From NCBI RefSeq assembly GCF_964243315.1, contig NZ_CAXTEM010000008.1:13701-77700 (forward strand): a stretch of 64,000 bases of DNA, written 5' to 3'. Shown in pieces: positions 30,004 through 40,107 of the stretch (within the stretch, counting starts at the first letter, position 1; the number at the start of each line of letters is the position of its first letter). Position numbers and translations under genes: made by a program. The stretch comes from an uncultured Sphingomonas sp. (GTDB lineage: Bacteria > Pseudomonadota > Alphaproteobacteria > Sphingomonadales > Sphingomonadaceae). The notes beneath the pieces were generated by a model. It was not told the origin of the DNA and made no database searches. It saw only the letters and a program-made list of their open reading frames with translations.

Positions 30004-30145
30004 GGATAGTTCAACGCAATGTCATCCCGCTCTAGGTTCCCTGAAACTCATTCGTCACCCCGGAGACGGTCTTGAGGTAGGCGAACGCGCAATGCCGCAG
30101 GTCTTGATTGCGCGGGAGACACGGGGGCGCAGGGCTTGCCTCCCC

Positions 30146-30538
30146 CTACTCCCCGCCCTCGCCCAGGTCCCGCGCCACTTTCGGCGCGCGCAGGAGGGCG
30201 TCGATGTGGCTGCCTTCGTCGAAGCTCTCGTCGGCGAGGAACTTCAGCTTGGCGGCGTATTTCATCTGCACCCGCGAGGCGACCTCGCGTTGCAGATAGG
30301 CGGTGTTGGTGCGTAGCGCCTTCAGCACCGCCTCCTCGTCACGGCCGAGCAGCGGCTTCACGAACACCGTGGCGTGGCGCAGGTCGGGCGACATCCGCAC
30401 CTCGGTTATCGAAACAACATGCTTCGCGAGCACCGGATCGTGCACGTCGCCGCGCTGGAGGATCTCGCTCAGCACGTGGCGCATCTGTTCGCCGACGCGC
30501 AGCGTGCGAACCGATTTGTCTGGTTGATCCTGCTTCAT
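30146..30538 (-). CDS. rbfA: Ribosome-binding factor A
   Basis: [38 protein letters not shown]. Confidence 0.96.
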   Translation of the reverse strand: MKQDQPDKSVRTLRVGEQMRHVLSEILQRGDVHDPVLAKHVVSITEVRMSPDLRHATVFVKPLLGRDEEAVLKALRTNTAYLQREVASRVQMKYAAKLKFLADESFDEGSHIDALLRAPKVARDLGEGGE

Positions 30539-30594
30539 CGTCCCTCCGCCGCGAACCACGCCCCCTCCCACAATCGGGAGAGGGCGTCATTCGA

Positions 30595-33369
30595 TCAGAG
30601 CGTGCGCTCGCGCATTTCGACTTCGTAGGTTTCGAGGAAGTCACCCGGCTTGATGTCGGTGTGGCTTTCGAAGGTGACGCCGCATTCGAGACCCGCACGG
30701 ACCTCCGCGACATCGTCCTTGAAGCGGCGCAGCGACGCGATCTGGCCGTTGTAGACGATCACGTCGTTGCGCGTGATCCGCGCCTTCAACGCCTTGCGGA
30801 TATAGCCGTCGACGACCAGCAGACCCGCCGCGCGGCCATGCTTGCCCGCGGAGAAGACCTCGCGGATCTCCGCACGACCGACCACCGTCTCGAACGCCTC
30901 GGGACCGAGCTCGCCCGCCATGCCGGCGCGGATCTCGTCGATCAGGTCGTAGATGACGTCGTAATATTTCAACGCCACCTTCTGCCGCTCGGCGATCTCG
31001 CGTGCCTTGGCATTGGCGCGGACGTTGAAGCCGATGATCGGCGCCCCCGATGCGCCCGCCAGCGTCACGTCGCTCTCGGTGATCCCGCCGACGCCCGAAT
31101 GCAGCACGCGTGCCTTGATCAGATCGGTCGAGATCTTGTTGATCGACGCCACGATCGCCTCGACCGTTCCCTGCGTATCCGCCTTCACGACCAGCGGATA
31201 TTCGATCGCCTGCTTGTCCTTCAGCGCCGAGAACATGCTCTCGAGGCTGGCGGGCGTCGACGTCGTCCGCTTCTGGGTCAGCACGCTCGCGCGATACTCC
31301 GCGACCTCGCGGGCGCGGGCCTCGTTCTCGACGACCTGCAGCGGATCACCCGCCGACGGCACGCCCGACAGGCCGAGCACCTCGACCGGCATCGACGGAC
31401 CAGCCTGCTTGAGCTGACGACCCTTGTCGTCGACCAGCGCGCGGACCTTGCCGCTTTCCGCACCGATCACGAACACGTCGCCGACCTTCAGCGTCCCGCG
31501 ATTGACCAGCACCGTCGCGACCGGGCCACGGCCCTTGTCGAGCTTGGCCTCGATCACGGTGCCTTCGGCCGGCCGATCCGGGTTGGCGGCGAGTTCGAGC
31601 AGTTCGGCCTGGAGCTGGATCTTCTCGATCAGCTCGTCGAGCCCGGTCTTCTTCAGTGCCGACACCTCGACGTCCTGGACGTCGCCGCCCATCTCCTCGA
31701 CCACGACCTCTTCGCTCAGCAGGCGCTCGCGCACCTTCTGCGCATTGGCCTCGTGCTTGTCGATCTTGTTGATCGCCACAATCATCGGCACGCCGGCCGC
31801 CTTGGTGTGGTTGATCGCCTCGATCGTCTGCGGCATCAACCCGTCGTCGGCGGCGACCACCAGCACGACGATGTCGGTGATGTCCGCACCGCGCGCGCGC
31901 ATCTGCGTGAACGCCTCATGGCCCGGCGTGTCGAGGAAGGTGATCTTCGACTTGTCCTTCAGCGTGACCTGATACGCGCCGATATGCTGGGTGATGCCAC
32001 CCGCTTCGCCGCGCACCACATCGGTGCCGCGCAGCGCGTCGAGCAGCGAGGTCTTGCCGTGATCGACATGGCCCATGATCGTGACCACCGGCGGCCGCGG
32101 CTGCAGCGATTCCGCCGCATCCTCGACGGTGTCGATCGCGAGATCGATATCGGCGTCCGACACGCGGGTCAGGTTGTGGCCGAATTCGGTGACGAGCAGC
32201 TCGGCAGTGTCCTGATCGATCGTCTGGTTCATGGTGACGGGCATGCCCATCTTGAACAGCGCCTTCACCAGATCCGCGCCCTTTTCGGCCATGCGGTTGG
32301 CGAGTTCCTGGACGGTGATCGCCTCGGGAACCTGAACGTCGCGGACCTGCTTGGCCTGCGCCTCGCGCGGGCCGCCGAAGTGACGCTTTTCCTTTTCACG
32401 CGCGCGCTTCAGCGCTGCGAGACTGCGGGCACGTGCGCCATCACCGTCGCCGAGCGCACGGGTGACCGTGAGCTTGCCCGACGTGCGGCGATCGTCGCCC
32501 TTGCGGTCGCGCTGCTGCGGCCGGCTGGCGGGCGAGTTGCGCGGCGTCGCGACGCCGCTCGGGAGCGGACGATTGCCCTGGGCCGATGCACCACCGGCGG
32601 CAGCACCCGACGGGGCCGCGGGTGCGGCCTCCGCAGCGGGAGCAGGCGCGGCGACGGGGCGCGGCGGAGGGCGTTCGGGACGTGCCACCGGCGAAAACCG
32701 GCGCGGCGCAGGCAGCGACGGATCGCGGCCCAGCTCCAACGTCGGGGCAGGCGCAGGCGGTGGTGCAGGAGTAGGCGCGGGAACGGGCGCCGGAGCAGGC
32801 GCAGCGGCGACGGGGGCCGGCGCCGGTGCGGGCTCAGGTGCCTTGGTAACGACAGGCGCAGGCGCGGCGACGGGTTCCGCCGCGGGTGCGGCCGCCACGG
32901 GCTCGGGCGCGGGAGCAGGCTCGGGCGCTGCAGGCGCAGCCGCTTCGACGCGCTTCTCGTCGGCGCGACGCTTGTCGTCCTCTGCCGTCTTGGCACGCTC
33001 CGCCTCGGCGCGACGGCGCGCGTCCTCGAGCGAATTCATGCGCTGTTCTTCGGCCTCGCGAAGCAGCTTGGCCTGGCGCTCCTGCGCGGACAGGTTGCTC
33101 GCCGGCGCGGCGGGCGCGCGGGCGGGTTCCGGCGCGCGCGCAACGGGCGCAGCGGCGGGTGCCGGCTCGGGAGCGGCCTGCTCCTGGACGGGTGCTTCGG
33201 CCTCGCCCGGGCGACCACCGAGGACCCGGCGGCGCTTCACTTCGACCACCACCGTGTTGGAGCGGCCGTGGCTGAAGCTCTGCTTCACCTGGCCGGTCTC
33301 GACGGTGCGCTTCAGCCCCAGCGGCGTGCGCATGCCGAGCTTCGGCTTTTCGTTGTCGGTCTCGCTCAC
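30595..33369 (-). CDS. infB: Translation initiation factor IF-2
   Basis: [34 protein letters not shown]; long Pro/Ala-rich N-terminal region. Confidence 0.98.
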   Translation of the reverse strand: MSETDNEKPKLGMRTPLGLKRTVETGQVKQSFSHGRSNTVVVEVKRRRVLGGRPGEAEAPVQEQAAPEPAPAAAPVARAPEPARAPAAPASNLSAQERQAKLLREAEEQRMNSLEDARRRAEAERAKTAEDDKRRADEKRVEAAAPAAPEPAPAPEPVAAAPAAEPVAAPAPVVTKAPEPAPAPAPVAAAPAPAPVPAPTPAPPPAPAPTLELGRDPSLPAPRRFSPVARPERPPPRPVAAPAPAAEAAPAAPSGAAAGGASAQGNRPLPSGVATPRNSPASRPQQRDRKGDDRRTSGKLTVTRALGDGDGARARSLAALKRAREKEKRHFGGPREAQAKQVRDVQVPEAITVQELANRMAEKGADLVKALFKMGMPVTMNQTIDQDTAELLVTEFGHNLTRVSDADIDLAIDTVEDAAESLQPRPPVVTIMGHVDHGKTSLLDALRGTDVVRGEAGGITQHIGAYQVTLKDKSKITFLDTPGHEAFTQMRARGADITDIVVLVVAADDGLMPQTIEAINHTKAAGVPMIVAINKIDKHEANAQKVRERLLSEEVVVEEMGGDVQDVEVSALKKTGLDELIEKIQLQAELLELAANPDRPAEGTVIEAKLDKGRGPVATVLVNRGTLKVGDVFVIGAESGKVRALVDDKGRQLKQAGPSMPVEVLGLSGVPSAGDPLQVVENEARAREVAEYRASVLTQKRTTSTPASLESMFSALKDKQAIEYPLVVKADTQGTVEAIVASINKISTDLIKARVLHSGVGGITESDVTLAGASGAPIIGFNVRANAKAREIAERQKVALKYYDVIYDLIDEIRAGMAGELGPEAFETVVGRAEIREVFSAGKHGRAAGLLVVDGYIRKALKARITRNDVIVYNGQIASLRRFKDDVAEVRAGLECGVTFESHTDIKPGDFLETYEVEMRERTL

Positions 33370-34079
33370 TCAAATTCCTCGATGCTGTCTACGGCCGGTA
33401 GCATGCCCGGAAAACCGGACGCCGTTGCGCCTTGCGAGGCCGTTTCGCAAGGTGCGGGTAAAGGTTCGGGTCCGATAAAATGCAGCCAGCGGGCGAGCGC
33501 ATCGCTCACCCGCTTCGCCGCAGCGCGGTCGGTCAGACCGATATGTACCACATTCTCGCGGCCTAGCGCCAACGACAATATGGTGCGGGGCATCGGGAGT
33601 GCCAAGCCCCTGACATCGCTGCCCTCCCGATCGGAACCGACTCGCCACGCCTGGTCGAGCTTGCGGTTGCCGTCGGTGCCCGCATCGGCGGCATGGTACA
33701 GCGCGTGAAGCTGGCCCTGCCGCGCCGCGGTTTCGATCTTGTCGCTGCCGGTCAGCAAGGTGCCCCCCTTCGCCTCCAGCCCCAGCCGGTCGAGCGCGTT
33801 GCGCTGCAACGCCGCCTCGATCAGCGCGGGCAGATCGGCGGGAATCGTGAACTCGGCGGTCTTGAACGCGCGGGCGAGCACGCCCTTCAGCTTGCCCTTC
33901 CGGATCGCGGTTTCCAGCGTGTCGCGGGTCACCCCGATCCATGCCCCCCGCCCCGGCGCCTTGGCGCGCACGTCGGGTAGGATCGTACCATCGGGGGCGA
34001 GCGCAAGCCGCACGAGGTGATTGCGGCTGTCGCGGTCCTGCGAGAGGATGCATTTGCGGATCGGATCGGCGGCGGTCAT
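33366..34079 (-). CDS. DUF448/YlxR-family protein
   Basis: IRKCILS, LVRLALAPDG, PDVRAKAPGRGAWI; between nusA and infB. Confidence 0.9.
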   Translation of the reverse strand: MTAADPIRKCILSQDRDSRNHLVRLALAPDGTILPDVRAKAPGRGAWIGVTRDTLETAIRKGKLKGVLARAFKTAEFTIPADLPALIEAALQRNALDRLGLEAKGGTLLTGSDKIETAARQGQLHALYHAADAGTDGNRKLDQAWRVGSDREGSDVRGLALPMPRTILSLALGRENVVHIGLTDRAAAKRVSDALARWLHFIGPEPLPAPCETASQGATASGFPGMLPAVDSIEEFE

Positions 34080-34115
34080 GCGCTCGCCTCCCCATCAACT
34101 ACCATCTTGTCCGCT

Positions 34116-34221
34116 ACCACCCCGGCGGAGGCTGGAGCCCAGTCGGGGAAGGCAGATGACGATGGACAGCCCGTCATCACGGGAGCCTCTCCACCCCGGC
34201 CCCGGCCTTCGCCGGGATGGT
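34116..34221. repeat. REP doublet, family E (106 nt, degenerate)
   Basis: accaccccggcggaggctggagcccag...ccccggccttcgccgggatggt. Confidence 0.8.
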
Positions 34222-34253
34222 GGGATGCGTTACGGGTGCCGCGTTCTAGCTGC

Positions 34254-34484
34254 TCATCGGGAGACGTCCGCATGAGCGTCTCCCTTTGTCGGCGGCGCGT
34301 CGCGGTCGGCGATCAGTTGACCGCCCGCGCCGTAATTCTCGGTCGAGACTTCCTCGATCACGATCTGCACCGCGGCCGGGTTCTTACCGAGGCGCGCGAC
34401 GAGGGACGCGGTGACGTCGGCGACGATCCCCGCTTTCTGGTCGTGGTCCGCGGTGCCCGCGATACGGATCGAAACGAACGGCAT
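34254..34484 (-). CDS. 4-oxalocrotonate tautomerase family protein
   Basis: Pro-1 start MPFVSIRI, QKAGIVADVT, VQIVIEEVSTENYGAGG; TGATG overlap with nusA. Confidence 0.88.
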   Translation of the reverse strand: MPFVSIRIAGTADHDQKAGIVADVTASLVARLGKNPAAVQIVIEEVSTENYGAGGQLIADRDAPPTKGDAHADVSR

Positions 34485-36139
34485 CAGGCTTCGTCCGCTC
34501 CCTTGGCGTCGGCCGCTTCGGCGGGCGAGTCGTCGCCGGGCGCGTCTTCGGCTTCCGCTTCCGCCGGCTCGTCGTCGAACCAGTGCGCGCGGGCGGCCAT
34601 GATGATCTCGTTGCCCTGTTCGTCGCTGAGACCATAGTCGCTGAGAATGCCGCCCTTCGGCTCGGGGCGCTTGGGGGCGTCCTCGTTGCGGCGCCGCGGT
34701 TCGACGCGCTTCTTCTCGACCAGTTCGTCGGTCGCGAGATCGGCGAGATCGTCGAGCGTCTTGATGCCCGCCTTGCCGAGCGTCACCAGCATCGCCTCGG
34801 TCATATAGGGCATGCCGGCGAGCGCGTCGTCGACGCCCAGCGCCTTGCGCTCCTCACGCGCGGCTGCCTCGCGGCGGTCGAGCGCTTCCTGCGCGCGGCT
34901 CTGCAGCTCCTGGCCGAGATCCTCGTCGAAGCCCTCGATCGATGCGATCTCCTCGAGATCGACATAGGCGACCTCTTCGAGCGCACCGAAGCCCTCGGCG
35001 ACCAGCAGCTGCGCGAGCGTCTCGTCGACGTCGAGTTCGTTCTGGAACATCTCCGAGCGCTCGACGAATTCCTTCTGCCGCTTCTCGCTGGCGTCCTGCT
35101 CGGTCAGGATGTCGATAGCCTTGCCGGTCAGCTGGCTGGCGAGGCGGACGTTCTGGCCGCGGCGGCCGATCGCAAGGCTGAGCTGATCGTCGGGAACGAC
35201 CACCTCGATCCGGTCCTCTTCCTCGTCGATCACGACGCGGCTGACCGATGCGGGCTGCAGCGCGTTGACGACGAAGGTAGCGGTGTCGGGCGACCAGGGG
35301 ATGATGTCGATCTTCTCGCCCTGCATCTCCTGCACGACGGCCTGGACGCGGCTGCCCTTCATGCCGACGCAGGCGCCGACCGGGTCGATCGACGAATCGC
35401 GGCTGATCACGCCGATCTTGGCGCGGCTACCGGGATCGCGCGCGGCGGCCATGATCGTGATGATGCCGTCGTAGATCTCGGGCACTTCCTGCGCGAACAG
35501 CTTCTTCATGAAATCGGGATGCGCGCGGCTGAGGAAGATCTGCGGTCCACGGTTTTCGCGACGGACGTTGAGGATCAGCGAGCGGATGCGGTCGTTGACG
35601 CGGACGACCTCGCGCGGGATCTGCGCGTCGCGACGGATCACGCCCTCGGCACGGCCCAGATCGACGACGATGTGGCCGAATTCGACGCGCTTGACGACGC
35701 CGGTGATGATCTCGCCCTGGCGATCCTTGAACTCTTCGAACTGACGCTCGCGCTCGGCGTCGCGGACCTTCTGGAAGATCACCTGCTTGGCGGCTTGCGC
35801 GGCGATCCGGCCGAACTCGATCGGGGGCAGCGGATCGACGATATAGTCGCCGACGACCGCATCCTTCTGCAGCTTCTCGGCGCCCTTCAGGTCGACCTGC
35901 TTGAAGTAATCGTCGACCGCCTCGACCACCTCGACGACGCGCCACAGGCGGAGATCGCCGGTCTGCGGGTCGAGCTTGGCGCGGATGTCGTTCTCGGCGC
36001 CGTAGCGCGCGCGGGCGGCGCGCTGGATCGCGTCCTCCATCGCCTCGATGACGATGCCCTTGTCGATCATCTTTTCCGACGCGACCGAATTCGCGATCGC
36101 GATCAGCTCCGCACGGTTTGCGGTGGCAACGCTGGCCAT
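34484..36139 (-). CDS. nusA: Transcription termination factor NusA
   Basis: EFGRIAAQAAKQVI, ARDPGSRAKI, GACVGMKGSRVQ, AIGRRGQNVRLAS. Confidence 0.98.
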   Translation of the reverse strand: MASVATANRAELIAIANSVASEKMIDKGIVIEAMEDAIQRAARARYGAENDIRAKLDPQTGDLRLWRVVEVVEAVDDYFKQVDLKGAEKLQKDAVVGDYIVDPLPPIEFGRIAAQAAKQVIFQKVRDAERERQFEEFKDRQGEIITGVVKRVEFGHIVVDLGRAEGVIRRDAQIPREVVRVNDRIRSLILNVRRENRGPQIFLSRAHPDFMKKLFAQEVPEIYDGIITIMAAARDPGSRAKIGVISRDSSIDPVGACVGMKGSRVQAVVQEMQGEKIDIIPWSPDTATFVVNALQPASVSRVVIDEEEDRIEVVVPDDQLSLAIGRRGQNVRLASQLTGKAIDILTEQDASEKRQKEFVERSEMFQNELDVDETLAQLLVAEGFGALEEVAYVDLEEIASIEGFDEDLGQELQSRAQEALDRREAAAREERKALGVDDALAGMPYMTEAMLVTLGKAGIKTLDDLADLATDELVEKKRVEPRRRNEDAPKRPEPKGGILSDYGLSDEQGNEIIMAARAHWFDDEPAEAEAEDAPGDDSPAEAADAKGADEA

Positions 36140-36702
36140 CAATTCTGTCCTTCCATCTCGGCGTCGTCGTCGGACGCCGCTTCATCGTCTTCGAATTCTT
36201 CGGCACCGAGGCTCACCAGCGGCGCGGTCGCGGCGAGCAGCCGATCGGTGATCGTCAGCTTGGCCTCGCCGATCTGGTCGAGCCCGACCGTCATCGGCTG
36301 GTGCCCGCGCACGTCGATCGTCACCCGGTCGCCGTCGACGCCGACCAAGTCGCCGGTCAGCACCTTGCGCCCGTCGACCGCCTCGATCAGCCGCAGCCGC
36401 GCCTCGTGCCCGGCCCAGTCGGCATAGTCCTTGGCGCGGGTCAGCGGCCGGTCGATGCCTGGCGACGACACTTCGAGCCGGTACGCTTCCTCGATCGGGT
36501 CCTTTTCGTCGAGCACATCGGAAACCCGGCGCGACAGTTCGGCGCAATCGTCGATCGTGAGCTGGCGGGTGTCGGGGCGCTCGGCCATGATCTGGAGCGT
36601 CGGGTCGGACTTGCCGCCGGTCATCTTGATGCGCACGAGATCGAAGCCGAGCGCCTTGGCCTCGGGTTCGATCAGGGTCGTCAGCAGGGCGATGTCGGCC
36701 AT
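36139..36702 (-). CDS. rimP: Ribosome maturation factor RimP
   Basis: TLQIMAERPD, IDDCAELSR, YRLEVSSPGIDRPL. Confidence 0.97.
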   Translation of the reverse strand: MADIALLTTLIEPEAKALGFDLVRIKMTGGKSDPTLQIMAERPDTRQLTIDDCAELSRRVSDVLDEKDPIEEAYRLEVSSPGIDRPLTRAKDYADWAGHEARLRLIEAVDGRKVLTGDLVGVDGDRVTIDVRGHQPMTVGLDQIGEAKLTITDRLLAATAPLVSLGAEEFEDDEAASDDDAEMEGQN

Positions 36703-36791
36703 TGCGGCTCAGGTCCAATACATGCGTCGTCGTCGCCGGAACCGGGTGGCTCCAGCCTCTTCACCGCTAGCGATGTAGAGAATGTGCTTGC

Positions 36792-36820
36792 GATATAGTC
36801 CGGCGCGACGGACTAGGCAA
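36792..36820 (-). promoter_or_regulatory. Sigma70-type promoter of the rimP-nusA-infB operon
   Basis: Minus strand TTGCCT-N17-TATATC. Confidence 0.6.
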
Positions 36821-36896
36821 GCGTCGCAACCGGGGTGCGCCCGTCCGCGTTGCGCGGGGCGTGTCCCGCACCCGCCCCGTCCATGAGGAGCCAGTG

Positions 36897-38033
36897 ATGA
36901 TCCGATCCGCCCTGTTCGCTACCGCCTTGCTCAGCACGAGCGCCGCTTGCGCCGCGCCCGTCGAGTCGCAGGCGGGTGCCGCCGCTGCGGCGCTGCCGTT
37001 CCGGACGACGGTGCTCGCCAATCTCGACGCGCCCTGGGCGATCGCGGTGCTGCCCGACGGGCGCATGCTGGTGACCGAAAAGCAGGGGCAGATGCTGCTG
37101 CTGTCGGCGGATGGCAAGCAGCGCCGCAGCATCGCCACCATCGCAGTCGATTCGGCCGGCCAGGGCGGGTTGATGGACGTCGTACTCGCGCCGGGCTTCG
37201 CGCAGAACCGCCATGTCTATTTCAGCTATTCTGCCGCTGGGCCGGGCGGCAAGGGCGTGGTGCTGGCACGCGGCAGATTGGAAGGCGCGGCGGGCACCGA
37301 GCGGCTGGGCGGGATCGAGACCTTGTTCAGCGCGCGGCCCTTCGTCGAGGGGAATGGCCATTATTCAGGGCGGATCGCCTTCTCCCCTGACGGTCGACAT
37401 CTGTTCTTCACCAATGGCGAGCGGCAGAAGTTCACGCCCGCGCAGGACAAGTCGATGACGCTCGGCAAGGTCCTGCGCCTGACGCTGGACGGCAAGCCCG
37501 CGCCGGGCAACCCGCTGGCGGCACAAGGCTTCGCGCCCGAGGTGTGGAGCTACGGCCATCGCAATCTGCTCGGCATCGCGTTCGATGCGCAGGGCAATCT
37601 GTGGGAGCAGGAGATGGGGCCGAAGGGCGGCGACGAGGTCAACCTCATCCGGCCCGGGGCCAATTACGGCTATCCCAACGCGTCGAACGGCAGCCACTAC
37701 GACGGCCGCGACATCCCTGATCACAAACCCGGCGACGGCTATGAGGCGCCAAAGGTCTGGTGGAATCCGGTGATCTCGCCGGGCGGACTGATGATCTATT
37801 CGGGCGATCTGTTCCCGGCGTGGAAGGGCGACGCGTTCATCGGTGGCCTGTCGTCGCAGGCGCTGGTCCGGGTCGATCTCGACGGAACCAGCGCGCGCAA
37901 GGGCGACCAATGGGCGATGGGTGCGCGCATCCGCGACGTCGACCAGACCGCGGACGGCGCGATACTGGTGATCGAGGACGGTGACGACGGCTCGCAGGGG
38001 CGCCTGCTGAAGCTCATGCCCCCGCCGGCCTGA
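36897..38033 (+). CDS. PQQ-dependent sugar dehydrogenase (YliI-like)
   Basis: Signal peptide, PWAIAVLPDG, GQGGLMDV, WSYGHRN, MGPKGGDEVN, NYGYP. Confidence 0.9.
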   Translation: MIRSALFATALLSTSAACAAPVESQAGAAAAALPFRTTVLANLDAPWAIAVLPDGRMLVTEKQGQMLLLSADGKQRRSIATIAVDSAGQGGLMDVVLAPGFAQNRHVYFSYSAAGPGGKGVVLARGRLEGAAGTERLGGIETLFSARPFVEGNGHYSGRIAFSPDGRHLFFTNGERQKFTPAQDKSMTLGKVLRLTLDGKPAPGNPLAAQGFAPEVWSYGHRNLLGIAFDAQGNLWEQEMGPKGGDEVNLIRPGANYGYPNASNGSHYDGRDIPDHKPGDGYEAPKVWWNPVISPGGLMIYSGDLFPAWKGDAFIGGLSSQALVRVDLDGTSARKGDQWAMGARIRDVDQTADGAILVIEDGDDGSQGRLLKLMPPPA

Positions 38034-38560
38034 TGCTAGATACGACCACCGACCCCGAGCGCGATTTCCAAACGGGCCCGCGCTACGATTTCCGGCGAGT
38101 CCGGCACGACGACCTGCCGATGCTGCGGCGCTGGCTGGCGACGCCGGCCGCGCGCCAATGGTGGGGCGATCCGCGCCGGGAGGCGGACCTGATCCGCGCC
38201 GATTTCGACGAGCCGGCGATGACGATGCTGATCGTCGCGCTCGACGGGCGGCCGTTCGCCTTCGCGCAGCATTATGCGGTCCATGCCTGGCCGCAGCCGC
38301 AATTCGCGCATCTGCCGCGGGGCACGCGCGCGATCGACACCTTCATCGGCAACCCCGCGCTGATCGGGCGCGGCCACGGCACCGCCTATCTGCGTCTGCT
38401 CGCCGAACATCTCCGCCGCGGCGGGGTGCCGATCGTCGCGATCGACCCCGATGTCCGCAATACCCGTGCGCGCCGCGCCTATGCCCGCGCAGGCTTCAGG
38501 CGCGAACGCCTGGTCGGGGTCGCCAAGCGCCCTGCGGTGGTGATGCTGTTCGACGATTGA
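38033..38560 (+). CDS. GNAT acetyltransferase, AAC(6')-Ib/IucB-like
   Basis: RRWLATPAARQWWG, RAIDTFIGNPALIGRGHGT, IDPDVRNTRARRAYARAGF. Confidence 0.8.
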   Translation: MLDTTTDPERDFQTGPRYDFRRVRHDDLPMLRRWLATPAARQWWGDPRREADLIRADFDEPAMTMLIVALDGRPFAFAQHYAVHAWPQPQFAHLPRGTRAIDTFIGNPALIGRGHGTAYLRLLAEHLRRGGVPIVAIDPDVRNTRARRAYARAGFRRERLVGVAKRPAVVMLFDD

Positions 38561-38591
38561 TCGCAAGCGCGCGGCGTGGAAGGAGCACGGC

Positions 38592-39170
38592 GTGGCCAAG
38601 CTCTATTTCTACTACGCGTCGATGAACGCGGGTAAATCGACCAATCTGCTCCAGGCGGACTTCAACTATCGCGAACGCGGGATGGCGACGATGCTGTTCA
38701 CCGCCGCGGTCGACGATCGCTTCAAGCCGGGCACGATCACCTCCCGGATCGGGCTGGAGGCGCCCGCCACCCCGTTCGACACCGGGACCGACCTGGCCGC
38801 CTGCGTCGCCGCGCGGCATGCCGACGATCCGCTCGCCTGCGTGCTGGTCGACGAGGCACAGTTCCTCACCGGCATCCAGGTCGCGCAGCTCGCGCGGATC
38901 TGCGATTCGATGGGCATTCCGGTGCTCGCCTATGGGCTGCGCACCGATTTCCAAGGGCGGTTGTTCGAAGGCGCGGCGCGGCTGCTGGCGATCGCCGACT
39001 CGCTGATCGAGATCAAATCGGTCTGCGTCTGCGGGCGCAAGGCGACGATGAACCTGCGGGTCGACGCAGCCGGCAACCCGATCGCGGAGGGCAAGCAGAC
39101 CGAGATCGGCGGCAACGACCGCTACCTCGCCCTGTGCCGCCGGCATTTCGGCGAGGCGCTGCTGAGCTGA
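38592..39170 (+). CDS. tdk: Thymidine kinase
   Basis: MAKLYFYYASMNAGKST, VDEAQFL, YGLRTDF, CVCGRKA, LCRRH. Confidence 0.97.
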   Translation: MAKLYFYYASMNAGKSTNLLQADFNYRERGMATMLFTAAVDDRFKPGTITSRIGLEAPATPFDTGTDLAACVAARHADDPLACVLVDEAQFLTGIQVAQLARICDSMGIPVLAYGLRTDFQGRLFEGAARLLAIADSLIEIKSVCVCGRKATMNLRVDAAGNPIAEGKQTEIGGNDRYLALCRRHFGEALLS

Positions 39171-39192
39171 TCGCCTCCCCTCCCGACTAACC

Positions 39193-39298
39193 ACCACCCC
39201 GGCGAAGGCCGGGGCCCAGGTGGGAGACGATCGTAACGGAGGGTGGCGCTACATCACTCGAGCCTTCCCAACTGGGCCCCGGCCTTCGCCGGGGTGGT
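39193..39298. repeat. REP doublet, family E (106 nt, perfect 27-nt arms)
   Basis: accaccccggcgaaggccggggcccag-N52-ctgggccccggccttcgccggggtggt. Confidence 0.92.
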
Positions 39299-39391
39299 TT
39301 CACGGCGGCGCCGGAACGCCACGGGAGCGGCGTTCCAGCGCGGCCATCACTCGACTAGCCGCCGCCCACTGCACCCCCTACATGCTTCGGC

Positions 39392-40081
39392 ATGAGCCCC
39401 GATCACATCGTCTACCGCAGCGCCGTCTGGATCATTCCGCTGGTGATCGCGATCGTGTTCCATGAAGTCGCGCACGGCTGGGTTGCGAAGTGGCTCGGCG
39501 ATCCGACCGCGGCCGAGCGCAAGCGGCTGAGCTTCAACCCGCTGCGCCATGTCGATCCGATCGGCACCATCGTCCTGCCGCTCGGTCTGGCGATCGCGCA
39601 TGCGCCGGTGTTCGGCTGGGCCAAGCCGGTGCCGGTAATTGCCGAACGCCTGCGCAATCCGCGGTTCGGGATGATGGCGGTGGCGCTCGCCGGCCCGGGC
39701 ATGAACCTCGCGCTGGCAACGATCGCGGCGGTGTTGCTGGGTCTGTTCGGCAACGCGATCGGAACCGGTCAGCCCGGCAGCATGGGCGCGTTCGTGATCG
39801 CGAACCTTGTCAACTTCTTGATCGTCAACGTCTTCCTGGCGCTGTTCAACCTGATGCCGCTGCCGCCCTTCGATGGCGGGCATGTCGTGCAGGGTCTGCT
39901 GCCGCGGCCGCTCGCGGCGCAATACGCCAAGCTGGTGCCGTTCGGGCTCCTGATCATGATTTTCCTGCTGGTGTTGCTGCCGATGGCATTTCCCCAGGCG
40001 AATGTGGTCGCACGGCTGGTGGTGCCGCCGGCCGAAGCGGTGGTGCGGATGTTCCTGTCGCTCGCCGGCGCGATCGCCTGA
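39392..40081 (+). CDS. Site-2 protease (M50) family protein
   Basis: FHEVAHG, ALAGPGMN, FNLMPLPPFDGG. Confidence 0.93.
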   Translation: MSPDHIVYRSAVWIIPLVIAIVFHEVAHGWVAKWLGDPTAAERKRLSFNPLRHVDPIGTIVLPLGLAIAHAPVFGWAKPVPVIAERLRNPRFGMMAVALAGPGMNLALATIAAVLLGLFGNAIGTGQPGSMGAFVIANLVNFLIVNVFLALFNLMPLPPFDGGHVVQGLLPRPLAAQYAKLVPFGLLIMIFLLVLLPMAFPQANVVARLVVPPAEAVVRMFLSLAGAIA

Positions 40082-40107
40082 TCGGGGCTCCTGAACGGGA
40101 ACGCGCA

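Noticed and set aside
32620-33200. Pro/Ala-rich stretch in IF-2 as another REP insertion
   Set aside because: It is simple low-complexity sequence with no REP arms; variable IF-2 N-termini are normal.
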